This document shows positions 36,505 to 49,149 of a stretch of 64,000 nucleotides of DNA, piece by piece. The DNA is taken from contig OZ024741.1 of the NCBI GenBank assembly GCA_964016885.1, forward strand, positions 201,686,001 through 201,750,000. Reading direction: 5' to 3'. Both the position numbers and the translations under genes were made by a program. The DNA comes from Eledone cirrhosa. Its lineage: Eukaryota. The notes beneath the pieces are model-generated. The model saw only the letters and a program-made list of their open reading frames with translations. It searched no databases and had not been told where the DNA came from. The stretch's first letter is position 1; each line of letters begins with the position of its first letter.

Positions 36505-38040
36505 TCACTCTCCTCAAGACCACCTTAGTCTTTGTCAGGTTGACTTTAAGACCCCTTCTTTCTAGGCCCTGTTTCTATGTGTGGAATTTCTTCTCTAGTT
36601 CCACCATGGATTCAGCTATGAGTGTAAGATCATCTGTGTACAGAAATTCTAATGGGCAGCCGGTCTTAAACTCCTCTGTTATATGACAATAAACAGGAGA
36701 GGGTTAAGAACAAAACCCTGGTGGACGCCAACCTGTACGCTAAATTTCTCATTATAGTCGTTGTTAATCTTAACTTTGCTGACTGCTCCTCTATACATGG
36801 CTTGTATAGCCTTCACAAGCCACTCATCTACTCTTATTTTTCTAAGAGCCCACCAAATTATGGCACGGGGCACTCTGTCGAAAGCTTCTCCAGCTCAACA
36901 AATGCTAGGTAGAGAGGCTTACTTTTATCTAGGTACTTTTCCTGTAACTGCCTCACTAGGAAAAGAGCATCAGTGGTGCTTTTGCCTGGTACAAATCCAA
37001 ATTGCATCTCGTCTAGATTTACCGTCCCTAATAAACTGTACTATGACTCTTTCTGTTACTTTCAAGACCTGGTCCATCAACTTGATGCCTCTATACTTTC
37101 TTCTATCTTGTGTATCTCCTTTACCCTTGCAGCAGTTGACAATGATGCTGCTGCGCCAATCATTCGGTATGACACTATTTAGTGTTACTTGGTTTACAAT
37201 ACATGTGACCTACTGACCAAGATGTTTTCAGCATCTCGACAACCAGCTGAACCAGCTGCTTTCCCAGTCCTCATATGCTTAATTGCCTTACTTACTACAC
37301 TGCTGCTGACTTGTATGGCTGGGCTCTCTGTAGAGTCAACTCGGTGTAGCGTCTCTGTCTCCTAATGCATTCTCTTCATTCAGTAATCTTTCATAATGGC
37401 TCTTCCATGTAGCTTTCTTCTCGGCACCTGTGAGTTCACTTTTATCATCCCGAACACACTTCTCACCTATGACATTATGATTTTCCCTATTGCACTGCCT
37501 CGCAATCCTGAACATCTTTTTCTGGTCCTCACATTGCAAAACATGCTTGAATTTTTTTATCCTCCGATTCCCTCCTTGTTAAGTATACTTGTCATATAGC
37601 TTCCCGCCTGGCCTCTATATAGTGTACCCTGCTTCCCCAATTCTTCCATTGTTTTCATGCCTGTCTCTTGGCCTTAATTGTCTCATCTACCTTATTGATT
37701 CACCACCAAGTCACCCTCCTTCTTCCTGTAGTCTAGCTCCAAAGCTCATCTGTCGCCTTTAGCAGTTGCACCGAGACAGTAAGCAGCAAACAAGCACTAC
37801 CAAATTCTGGGAAGGCTCGGTAGAAACAGTAGACAGCTTCTGCTACCTGGGTAACCGAATTAGCAGCAGAGGTGGGTGTAAATGAGGTTGGCATTAGGAA
37901 GGGTATCCAAATGTAGAAATCAAGCCAAAATCAGTTCTGTATAAGCAAGAGACAGTCACCTGACCTGGCATTGCCCACAACTCATCTAACCCATGTTAGC
38001 GTGGAAAAATGAATGTAAAAACGGTGATGTTGATGAGGAT
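36505..38040. mobile_element. RTE family B copy with 5' inversion: RT on - strand (36505-37770), 3' piece and tail on + strand (37770-38040)
   Basis: - part ends at GLKVNLTKTKV; + part reads EGSVETVDSFCYLG then the tail to gatgttgatgag. Confidence 0.8.
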
Positions 38041-38066
38041 ATATATATATATATATTATATATACA

Positions 38067-39065
38067 CTAGCTGATTAGCCCAACATTGCCAGGCAATAAT
38101 CATAATGCTATGTGTTTATTTCAAATATATTTTTATTCCATGTCAGACCATGTTTCCCCCGAAGGATAGTCCCCTTGATGAGGATGGATTTCTTTATTAA
38201 TTTGTATAAACAATGTTTGTTGTTTTCCTATCTGGGGCATTAATGTAAAGATTTTTCTGACTTCCTACTCTTGAACATCCAATGTAAACCTGACCATGGG
38301 TGAAGCACGGTTCTTCAACATGTAAACCGGCTGCCAAAATGTTTGTCCTTGTGATTTATTGATGGTTATGGCAAAACGAAAACCCATTGGAAATTGAAAT
38401 CGCTTGAATTGAAATGGGACATCTGTGGGGATCAGAGGAATTCTTGGAATGAACACATCCTCTCCGCTACCACATCCTGTTGAAATGGTGGCTTCAATTA
38501 CGTGTGATACATATTTTTCACAACCGATCGAGTACTGTTGTATAGCCTTGGTGGGACCAAATTCTAAATAACAGGTGGAGGACATGTGGAGGCCTTCCTG
38601 ATGGTTTTCAAGAGTTGAGGATTTCTGACTGTTCCACCACAGTGTTGGCAGATTGATTGGAATTTTTTTTAACAGCTCTTGATTTACCAATTTCACAATC
38701 ACATTTTTCAGGGACAATATAGCCCTTTCACTGAGTGATTCGTGACTTGCAAACTGATATTTAAGATTAGGGAACACTTTTTTTATGAGATGAAATAATG
38801 AATCCACCATCGTGCCTATGGTACTTAAATCATTAACTCTGTTTCTATCTACAGGAAGTCTTCCGTCCCCAAGCATTAATAGATTCTCGGCGATCTCCTC
38901 TGATTGATAGTCTCCACCAAGATATGCCCTCATGTGTGTAGTGAGCTTCAAAACTTTGATAGAAGTCTAAAGTGTCAATTTTTTTTCAAACTGGCTCGGA
39001 TTTGATCAATCCTGTTGCCTGTTGAATGGTTGGGAGAGTTTGTCTAAAATCCCTTCCTCCTCCTA
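38067..39065 (-). mobile_element. Helitron 3' fragment (Pif1-family helicase)
   Basis: RDFRQTLP, VFIPRIPLIPTDVPFQFKRFQFP..FAITINKSQGQT; terminal hairpin gcctggcaatgttgggc then CTAG|T. Confidence 0.92.
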
Positions 39066-39200
39066 CTATTACTACCACCTCCACCACTACTACAACAACT
39101 ACCACTACTACAACAACTACCACCACCACAACTACTACTACTACTACAACAACTATAACTACTATTACTCCTACTACTGCCACTACAATACTACTGCTAC
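39060..39200. repeat. (ACN)n trinucleotide low-complexity tract
   Basis: act/acc/aca triplets; source of the poly-T and poly-V ORFs. Confidence 0.9.
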
Positions 39201-40159
39201 CGCGATTACCACCATCATAGAAGATATAGAAAGAGAGTGAGAAAGTGTGATAAAGATATATACAGTGGGGAAAAATGTAAAATACACAGAGAGACAAATA
39301 GATATATAGAGAGAGGTATCCTGACAGTTGATTCTAATGATATTGTATATTGGTGATCTTGAAGTTGATTTATATCCCTTAACAATTACATTTTTTGATA
39401 ACTAACAACTCTGAAACATTCTCCTTGTGACATAGATTTTGAAAAGGAATTCTTGATCACACAGACATGTGCCCCTGTTTTGATACTTTATAGCATAGAG
39501 GTTTCTAGTGTAATTATGTAATTTATGATAGATAAATAAAGAGAAATGTTATGAGATATATTGCCTTAGGTTTTTATATGAAAATAAAAATTTTAAAAAG
39601 AAATGTATGTATCCCAGTTTTTAGAATAGCCACAGTATACCCCTGCATGTCATAAGAGATGACTAAAAAGGTTGGCATCAGTAAGGGCATCCAGCTGTAA
39701 AACATTGTCTCGAACCCTCCTGCCCAACACATGCCTGGATGAAAGAGTCAATGTAGAAAAGATGGTGATGATGGTCATGACCAGTGGTATGTGAGACCTG
39801 TGGAAATGAGTTTTGAGTGACTAGTGAATCATATATTATATTAGATTGTATCACCTGGCCTGCAAGAATATCTTTAAAAATTGACTTATTTCAAAACCAT
39901 GTCATGAGACTTCTTACTCGTAAACACCTAACAGAGTTAAAATATTATATCTGCAAAAAACGACACAACAGCTGTTTGTTCATTATTTTTAAATTAAAGC
40001 ATTTCTCTCAAATTGTTTATCACATAAAATGCTCAACTTTTGTCTCTCTAAAATCTGACTAGAAGTTATGATACCGGGAAAGAGGAACTGAAGATGACTC
40101 ATTGGCAGACAGAGGGATCATAGCCTTTAATAATCGAATGACAGTCATGAACGGAACTC

Positions 40160-41740
40160 AATGCAGTGACAATCAATGTGCAGGGATAAATATCAAAAAA
40201 TCACAGCAGAGACAGTAAAAGTGTCCAAAATTAAGACATGGGAAGATTTAGGGATTCACCTGGAATCCGACTTCAAATCAGCAAATAAAGTGTTGCAGAC
40301 CATCTGTTAAGAATCCCTCCTCCACACCTGTTATCAAGAATGTGTCTGGGGTTCTTTCTTCAGAGAGGTACATCCCCGCGGGGTGGAGAGAATACTTAGC
40401 TGATCTCCTAAACCCAATCACAACATCTTTTGATGTACACAAAGTGCATCTGGGAGTGGTGACTAATCTCTCAGAGGCTGTGGTCGGAAGAGTAGTTAAA
40501 GAGCTCAAACGAGGCAGAGCCACTGGGGAAGATGAAATACGGCCCAAGATGTTAAAAGCTTTAAATGGAGAAGGTATTCTCTGGCTGACTCGTGTGTCGT
40601 ATGGCCTGGTTCTCTGGAAGGGCACCTAAGCAATAGCAATTGAGAGTGATAATCCCAATTTTCATAAAAGGAGACAAGAAAAATTGTTCCAATTATGGAA
40701 GGCTCTTCTTGTTAAGCCTCCCCAGTAAAGTCTATGCTAAGTGTCTGGCAAAGAGATACAGGGAGATTGTCGAGTCCAATCGTGGGAGCATTGCCAAGAA
40801 GTATATTCTTGTTTTATCGACCTTGAGAAGGCATATGACTGTGTTCCACGAGACCTGCTGTGGAAGGCTGTGCACAAGTATGGGATTGATGGTCAACTTC
40901 TTGCTGCCCTGATGTCTCTGTACAATTGCCCATGTATTTGTGTTCAAATAAATGGTGCTAAATCGAAACCATTCGATGTGGGAGTCAGACTCCGCCAAGG
41001 GTATATACTGTCATGTCTCCTGTTCGTTATTTACCTGAACAGGATTAATATGCGCAGCCGGCTGTAAAATCAGTTGACTGGAATTTTCGGACGACATGGT
41101 GTTACTTAACTCAACAGAAGGTGATCTTCCACTTGCACCACTTGATAGGTTTGATGCCGAGTGCCACATGGCTGGAATGAAAATCAGTGCTGTGCAAACT
41201 GAGACACTCGTCCTCTCAAGGAAACCTGTGCAGTGGAACTCCATTCACATGTAGCTTTACATGTGAATGGAGTTCCACTGAAGCAGGTAGAGAAGTTCAA
41301 ATATCTTGGGGCCGCGTTCACTATTGATGGAAGGCAATTTGGTTTTCATGCCAACCCTTACCTATGGTTATGAATCTTCGGTAATGACTGAGAAAATGCA
41401 ATTCGTGAATACAAGCAGCCGAAATGGTAACGTAGCTCAGAGATCAGAGAGTCACTCCAGGTAGAGCCGCTACTTCTCTGAATTAAGAGATCACAGCTCC
41501 GATACTATGGGCATGTGGTTAGTATCGCTGGACAGATTTTATGGGAAAAATCAACCAGCAGAAGACCCTGGGCTAGACCCCGAGCAGGATGGTTGGATAA
41601 CATCCATGAGCTTGGCTGGTCTCAGTTGGGGATCCAGCTGGATCAGTTGGAGACAGTTGTTTCTGACAGGACCTGCTGGAAGGAGTGTTTGAGGATTTTG
41701 TCCCCCATGACCCTCTCAGGAATAAGTGGGTGAAGAAGAC
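40160..41740 (+). mobile_element. RTE LINE family A, 5'-truncated, frameshifted
   Basis: ATGEDEIRPKMLK, IDLEKAYDCVPR, LRQG, FSDD, FKYLG, WLDNIHELGW, tail gtgggtgaagaagac. Confidence 0.9.
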
Positions 41741-42134
41741 AAATTATTAATTTCCTGCACATGTCAGTTTATCAGTTTTTTCTTTCTATGCATTTTCAGT
41801 TAAACTGCTCCAAAGTTGGCAATATATTACATCATTATAATTAAGAGCATAAAAAGTATTTCAAAACCATGAAAATAATTCATCACAATTACGCTGGATT
41901 TGGTAAAAAATAGGAAAAAGCGATTTTCCTTCAAAACTTGAAATAATTTTGTTTCTTTTGGGATATTGATATTAAACAGTGAATTTTATAAACAGTTATG
42001 TATATATGTGGCATGTGTTTCGCCATTTATGATCAGGGTCTTTCATTTCAGCATCTTTATTTGTTTCGATCAGCAGCAAATCAAATAAAGCCTTATTAAA
42101 TATTTGAAAGAAAAATCTAGTTCTTTCTTCTCAG

Positions 42135-43540
42135 CATCATCATCATCATCATCATCAACGTTTAACGTCCGTGTTCCACGCTTGCATGGGTTTGGACGGG
42201 GGTAGTCCCACTTGAGGCAAGAGTGATTGTCTTGCTCGCATAGGACTGTCTGGCAGGTTTTCTACAGTTGGATGCCCTTCCTAACACCAACCACATTTAC
42301 AGTGTGGGACTGGGAGGTTTTTACCGTGTTGCCTACACGGCCACATTACAGCGTGGACTGTGTGTTTTTTTGTCGTGACACCTACACGATCTCATTTGTT
42401 TCGGCCTGGATGGCGCGGCACCAACATAACTTTACATAGAACGGGGGTGGTGTGGATGGGGTGGGGGTGGTGGCGGGACGGGGTGTATTTTGTTAGAGAT
42501 GCCTACTGGCAAGGCGGGTCTTCTCTGTTACTGAGTACCGCCAAAGGTCTCGGTCCAGTGACATTGTCTTGGAGAGGTGTAAGTGTGTGAGGTCGGAGTT
42601 TATCAGCTCGTCCCAGGTTTTTCTAGGTCTGCCTATTCCGTGGCTACCGTCTATCTTTATTGCCCTGCACTTTGTTATACAGCTATCGACTTTCATGCGC
42701 ATCACGTGTCCATACCAACGTAGCCTTCTCTCGAGTAAACAACATCTGATCCCTCTTATCTCTAATTTTTTCCTTAGTTCGTTTATGCTTTGCCGTTCAC
42801 GTATATTACTGTTACACATCCAGCGGAGCATGCAAGCTTCGTTCCTCTCTAGTCTGCGTATATCCTCTGCACACAATGCCCAGGTCTCACTGCCATGCAA
42901 CATTACTGTTCGTATGCAGGCATCGTACAACCTGCCTTTCATTTTTAGGGAGAACCCTTTAGCAGCTAATAGTGGTATAAGCTCTCTGAACTTTTTCCAA
43001 CCAGTTCTGACTCTAGCTACAGTACTTTCAGAGCACCCTCCCCCACTGCTTATTTTATCGCCCAGGTAACGGAAGCTGTCCACTATTTCTATAGAACCCT
43101 CTGCGCAATTGAAAGAGCTAGTATTTTGTGGGCACTTGCTGCTACTTATTGCACCAGAACACCGGCCACATGTAAAATCTATGTTCTTAGTTAGCTTACC
43201 TGTGATCCCACTACATCTTTTATGCACCCATACTTTGCATTTAGGACATAAAATGGAGTTTCTACCTACGCCTTTCCTACACACCAAGCACGACCATTTC
43301 CCAGAAGGGACCGCCGCCTTGTTTTCTTTCCTACAAACTAGAACTTTGGTCTTAGCCAGGTTAATTTTAAGTCCTTTTGACTCTAGGCCGTGCTTCCATG
43401 TTTGGAATTTCTTCTCTAGCTCGGCCATTGATTCCGCTATGAGTGTCAGGTCGTCTGCGTATAGGAGTTCCCATGGGCAGCCTGTCTTGAACTCCTCTGT
43501 TATAGCCTGAAGGGCAATAATAAATAGTAGGGGACCCCAA
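42135..43540 (-). mobile_element. RTE LINE family B 3' half, open RT C-terminus with PHD finger and full 3' UTR
   Basis: about 345 uninterrupted codons: GPLLFII..LYADD..C4HC3..FRYLG..LRWYGHVMRM; (CAT)n tail. Confidence 0.93.
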
Positions 43541-43810
43541 ATATTTACATGTCCAGGATTTTCCTCTGAATGGAGCCATATCGACATCAGAAAATCGATT
43601 GCTCCATTCCAACATGGGTTTACTGTTGTCATCATTTTCATTTGAATCCATCGATACATTGTCATCATCAGAGTCAGATTCTGACTTTAAATCAAAGTCT
43701 GTTAAATTCTTTTCATTTTCAATAAAAGATGCTTCAACTAAATCAGTTTCAGTAAGGAATTTTGTTTTCAGTTCCTGATGCTATATCTGTTGATATAAAT
43801 TATCGTTAAA
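43540..43810 (-). mobile_element. possible piggyBac transposase N-terminal acidic fragment
   Basis: SESDSDDDNVSMDSNENDD...WSNRFSDVDMAPFRG resembles the acidic W..PF.G.PG leader of PGBD-type transposases. Confidence 0.35.
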
Positions 43811-44552
43811 ACTTGTCTATCTCTCTCTCTCAAAAAGGGAGCGATTAATTGCAACATGCTCCTTATATCCAAAAATTATTTATAAAACACCCCTGATTGG
43901 TTTAAACTAAAAATAGTTCCCTAAATCATCCAAGCACTGACTATTTACCATCAGAAATGAGTACCCCTCACACCATGACTGTAGTAGTGGTTCAACTAAA
44001 ATGTGAACTGTAAACAAATGACTTTGAGTTCAAATTGTGCTGAGATCAACTTTGCCTTTCATCCTTTTGAGATCAATAAAAAAAAACATTCTAGTACTGG
44101 AGATCAATACTCTTTCTCTCTCTCACTCACACACACACTCACAGAAATTGTCTGTGTTCAGACATGGTGCGTGGATGGGCTCTGCCAGCTTTAAAGTAAC
44201 CAACAACTCTACTAGGCATTATGGGTCCATACATACATACATACAGTTCTTAAGTATATTTTCAGCCACCATGGCTAGGACCATGTCAAAAGACCACATT
44301 CATATGTATTCTTTTTTTTTTTTTTTACATAATTCAAAATTTATCCTATTTTATCACTCATATCTAAACTATAATAAAGTAAGGAGTGAGGGACTGCATC
44401 CAGAATACATTTTTTTATCCCGTTTGTAAAATAAGTTGGATTACTTTGAATAAATAATAAATAATGAATGAATATTACATAATTTTTGTACTAAATTTTG
44501 TATTTATAAATAATTTAAAATTGACTTTTCAAAGTTTCTATTTTATCACTCA

Positions 44553-46316
44553 TCTATATATCTAAAACAGAGAATGTCTGTCTGTCTATCAGCTCATTCA
44601 AACCCAACCGATTGTTTTCAAACTTTACACATGTAATACTTATGGTCCTGTGAGTGTTTTGAGTAAAAAGAAATTCAAATTTTCAATGCCCTAGGGACCG
44701 CATTAGGCGATTTAGTGGTCTCTCTATAATTCTTAGTCTTTCTTCTTAGATAGATACATAGATATAACGTTGCGCCCTTATAATATCTGTCTGGTTGTCT
44801 GGCTGTCTACATTACGGCGTGGACTGTGTTTTTTTTTTTTGTCATGACACCTATACGATCTCGATCTCATTATCTCATTTATTTGGACTGGATGTTGTGG
44901 TACCAACTTTACAGAGAGAGGCTGGTGTTAGTGGGAGTGGGAGGATAGGGCAGGGGTAGCGGATTGGGGTGTATATTTGGTTAAGAGGTGCCTACTGATT
45001 GTAGGTTTCGCTTTGTACACAGGCAAGGCGGGTCTTCTGTATTACTGTGTAGCGCCAAAGATCTAAGTCCAGTGAGAGGTGCAAGTATGTAAGGTTGGAA
45101 TTTATCAAATCATCCCAGTTTTTTCTGGGTCTACCTACTCCGTAACTACCATCAATTTTGATCGCCCTGCACTTTTTTATACAGCTGTCATCTTTCATGC
45201 GCATCACGTGACCATAACAACGTAGTTTCTCTCGACTAAACAGCATCTGATCCCTCTTATTCCTAATTTCTCACTTAGTTCATTTATGCTTTGCCGTTCA
45301 CGTATATTACTATTACTCATCCAACGGAGCATGCATGCTTTGTTCCTTTCCAGTCTGTGCAGGTCCTCTGCACGCAATGCCCAAGTCTCACTGCCATGTA
45401 GCATTGCTGTTCGTATACAGGCATCATATAATCTGCCTTTCATTTTTAGAGAGAAACCTTTTGTGGCGAACACCAGTATAAGCTCTTTGAACTTTTTCCA
45501 TCCCGTTCTGACTCAGGCTACTGTATTTTCAGAGCACCCTCCACCACTGCTGATTTTGTCACCCAGGTAACGGAAGGTGTCCACTATTTCTATAGAACCA
45601 TCTGGGCAATAGAAGGAGCTAGTATCCTGTGGGCACTTTTTACTTATTACACCTGAGCATCAGCCACATATAAAATCTACGTTCTTAGATAGTTTACCTG
45701 TGATCTCACTACATCTTTTATGTACCCATAGTTTGCATTTGGGACATAAAATGGAATTTCTGCCTACTCCTTTCCTACACACTGAGCATGGCCATTTTCC
45801 TTTCTACAAACTAGAACTTTAGTCTTAGACAAGTTAACTTTAAGGCCTTTTGATTCTAGACCATTCTTCCATGTTTGGAATTTCTTCTCTAGTTCAGCTA
45901 TGAGAGTTACATCATCTGTGTATAGGAGTTCTCATGGGCAGCCGGTCTTAAACTCCTCTGTTATAGCCTGAAGGGCAATAATAAATAGGAGGGGCCTAAG
46001 GACAGAGCCTTGATGAACACCAACTTTTACACTAAATTCTTCACAATATTCATTGTTAATTCTAACCTTACTGACTGTTTCTTTATACATAGCTTGTATA
46101 GCTCTCACAAGCCATTCATCTACACCTATTTTTCTAAGAGCCAGATAATGGAACGGGAGACTCTGTCAAAGGCTTTCTCAAAGTCTACAAAAGCTAAGTA
46201 CTTCTCCTGTAGTTGTCGTACAAGGAAAAGAGCGTCTGTGGTACTTTTACCTGACACAAACCCAAACTGCATTTCATCTAGATCAATTCGCTCTCTGATT
46301 AGTTGCGCTATAAATA

Positions 46317-46360
<44 letters not shown>

Positions 46361-46697
46361 TATTCGTGTACAGATATTTTTGCATACACAATAACAAAAT
46401 ATAAACAAAAGTATTTATTTCGCAATAAAGTATTGATTTTCTTCGCACGGAAAAAAACCCTGGTAATCTACGACAAATTTTTTTTATAAGCACAAAATGT
46501 AGACACCATCCTGAGGCCGAGGTATTCCGTACTTCTCTGTACTGTTATATATATATTCATGTACAGATGTTTTTGCATACACAATGACAAAATATAAATA
46601 AATGTATTTATTTCACGAGGCTTGATAAGGATAAATATATATCAAATATATAAGAAGCCTAGAGCAAATCCCGAGCAACGCCGGGCCATTCTGCTAG
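44553..46697 (+). mobile_element. non-autonomous Helitron carrying a nested antisense RTE family B fragment (about 44810-46310)
   Basis: A|TCTATATATCTAAAA..(gtct)n start; cccgagcaacgccggg hairpin; CTAG|T end; no TSD, confirmed by the empty site at 44346-44380. Confidence 0.9.
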
Positions 46698-47224
46698 TAT
46701 CTAAACTATAATAAAGTAAGGAGTGCAGGACTGCATCAAGAATAAATTTTTTTATCCCGTTTGTAAAATAAGTTTGATTACTTTGAATAAATAATGAATA
46801 GATATTACATAATTTATGTACTAAATTTCGTATTTATAAATAATTTAAAATTGACTTCTTTTCAAAGTTTCAAATTTCTACACTTCCGGTATATCGTCGC
46901 CACCACCACTTGAACTACCATATATATAGAAAGAGAGAGTTTGTGATGAGAGAGATAGAGTGATTATGATTTTCTACATGCTGATGCGTATGATTGTGCA
47001 CATACATACATCTATATGTATAACTATAATCGCGCAAACACAAACTTATAAAAATAAAAGCTCACAGACATACATTCAGATAAATACGCATACAGTCACA
47101 CATATACATTTACACAAACACACATTCACACATATATTTACACAAACACATTCACACAAACACATATACATTTACACACACATACAGTCATGATAGCATT
47201 CGGTGAACTGGAGATGGGAGGGTA

Positions 47225-47900
47225 AAAGTACATTTTATTTAAACTTATTTGTACAAAAATTTAACATAATGATTACAGAACGAAAACACTAACACATATA
47301 ATATATACAAAGGAAAGGAGGAAAGGCAAAAAAAGAAAGAGAAAAAAATACACAAGCACGTAATACCCACATCTTAGACCACATAGAACAATATGCAGTG
47401 GAAAAACGAGACGCTACCAGAGCAAAAGATAGCAATATAGCGAGGAGCACTGGGAAACCTCTCTAATAATTTTTGAGGCAAGCCAGCACACTCGCAGCAT
47501 TACCTGGGATAATGGCGAGGCTGAGGTGCTGGAATAACCAAGTGCCCTCACGAGCATCACCAGTTACCTCTGTTTGGCGAGCCCCAAGTGAAGATAAGAA
47601 CCTTGCTGTCTGTAGCCCGACTCCCCCAAACGTCTTGAACACCACAGGCTGGATAATGTAGTTAGCTGACAGAACACAGTATTTTAGGATTATGTTCCGT
47701 TCAGCTGTGGATGCTGTAGCTCTCGTCCTTACTGCTGCATCCAGGATGTGGGAAGAAGCAAAAGAGTCACTAACTGTGACGTCCCAGATAAGGCACCTGC
47801 CTCTTGACCAGGAACACTGAGTAAGACCGTCAAGTCTTTTCCCATCAATTCTGGACAACCCAGACGGTTCCAAAATTGAGGGGATGTTTCCAAGGGCCAA
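47225..47900 (-). mobile_element. CRE-clade (RLE) non-LTR retrotransposon 3' fragment
   Basis: EPSGLSRIDGKRLDGLT..WSRGRCLIWDVTV...WLFQHLSLAIIPGNAASVL, the CRE-type PD-(D/E)xK C-terminus; 3' UTR with aataaa. Confidence 0.8.
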
Positions 47901-48109
47901 AGCTCTTGAGTGGAAATAGGACAGTGTGTGTATGTATACGCGCGAGTTTGTCGGTGTTCTTAAATTAGAGACGTGTGTGTGTCACTGTTTTTTAAGTTAG
48001 AGACATATATGTGTGTATCCTTTCCTTCCTTTTACACACACGTTCATTCACACAAACGCACATACACATTGTGTGATGGACGGGTGGTCAGAAGTCCCTC
48101 AAATTTATA

Positions 48110-48740
48110 TACATGTGAATGGAGTTCTAAGAGAAGTTCAAGTATCTTGGGGCCGTGTTCATGAGTGATGGAATGAAGGAGGCTGAATTAAGTGCAAGAA
48201 TTGCAAAAGCTGATGCAGTAATGCGCCAGACTCAGCATTCAACAATCAGAAGAAGGGGGTAGGTGTGAAAGCCAAACTCGCTGTCTTCCTGCTAACTCTT
48301 ACTGAGGATTATGAATCTTGAGTAATGACCAAAAGAATACAATTGCAAATAAAAGCAGCAGAAATGGGATTCCTCCGAAGGGTCTTTGGAGCAACGTTAC
48401 TCGATAAAGTGTGTAGCTCAGAGACCAGAGAGTCACTTCTGGTAGAGTCGCTACTTCTCCGAATTGAGAGATCACAACTCCAATATTATGCGCATGTGGT
48501 TAGAATGTCTCGGTAAAGAATTGCTGAACAGATTTTACTGGCAAAACCAACTGTCAAGAGTCCCTGAAGTAGACCCTGAATAAGATAGTTGGATAACATC
48601 CATGAGCTTGGCTGGTCACGCTTTGGGATCCAGCTAGATAAGCTAGAGATGTTTGCTACTGACAGACTCGCTGGAAGGAGTGTTTGAGAAGGACTCTGCC
48701 CCCACGACCCTCTCAAAAATAAGTGGGCGAAGAAGAAGAT
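48110..48740 (+). mobile_element. RTE family A 3' fragment
   Basis: FKYLG, AAEMGFLRRVFG, LDNIHELGW, (gaa)n tail. Confidence 0.85.
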
Positions 48741-48921
48741 ATTGTCAATTTACTTTTCAATTTATATATATATATTTGCATATAATACCAATATGTACAC
48801 TACATATGCTAGCAAAAAAACCACCCGAAGGCAGTTTTTCTGTTAGTGAATGTAATTATATATTGTGACTAAGTCACTTATGTTCATCTCAAGAACAGAA
48901 TACTCATATTTTATACATAAA

Positions 48922-49116
48922 TCTTCTTCTTCTTCTTCTTCTTCTTCTTCTTCTTCTTCTTCTTCTTCTTCTTCTTCTTCTTCTTCTTCTTCTTCTTCTT
49001 CTTCTTCTTCTTCTTCTTCTTCTTCTTCTTCTTCTTCTTCTTCTTCTTCTTCTTCTTCTTCTTCTTCTTCTTCTTCTTCTTCTTCTTCTTCTTCTTCTTC
49101 TTCTTCTTCTTCTTCT
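48922..49116. repeat. perfect (TCT)65 trinucleotide tract
   Basis: direct reading, 195 bp uninterrupted. Confidence 0.97.
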
Positions 49117-49149
49117 TTTTTTTTCTTTTTCTTTTTCTTCTTCTTCAAA

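Larger units (their letters stand above)
44346..48846 (+). mobile_element. nest of non-autonomous Helitron-like sequence with a duplicated 5' end
   Basis: 5' tctaaactataataaag at 44363 and 46700; 3' hairpin ctagcaaaaaaaccacc...gtttttctgttag|t at 48809-48846; same family antisense at 63817-64000. Confidence 0.55.

Noticed and set aside
38986-39297. Poly-V, poly-T and Y/H/N-rich ORFs
   Set aside because: Translations of a trinucleotide low-complexity tract
42493-43668. 391-aa ORF as a gene
   Set aside because: Chance fusion of flanking sequence to a 5'-truncated RTE ORF2; no APE or RT N-terminus
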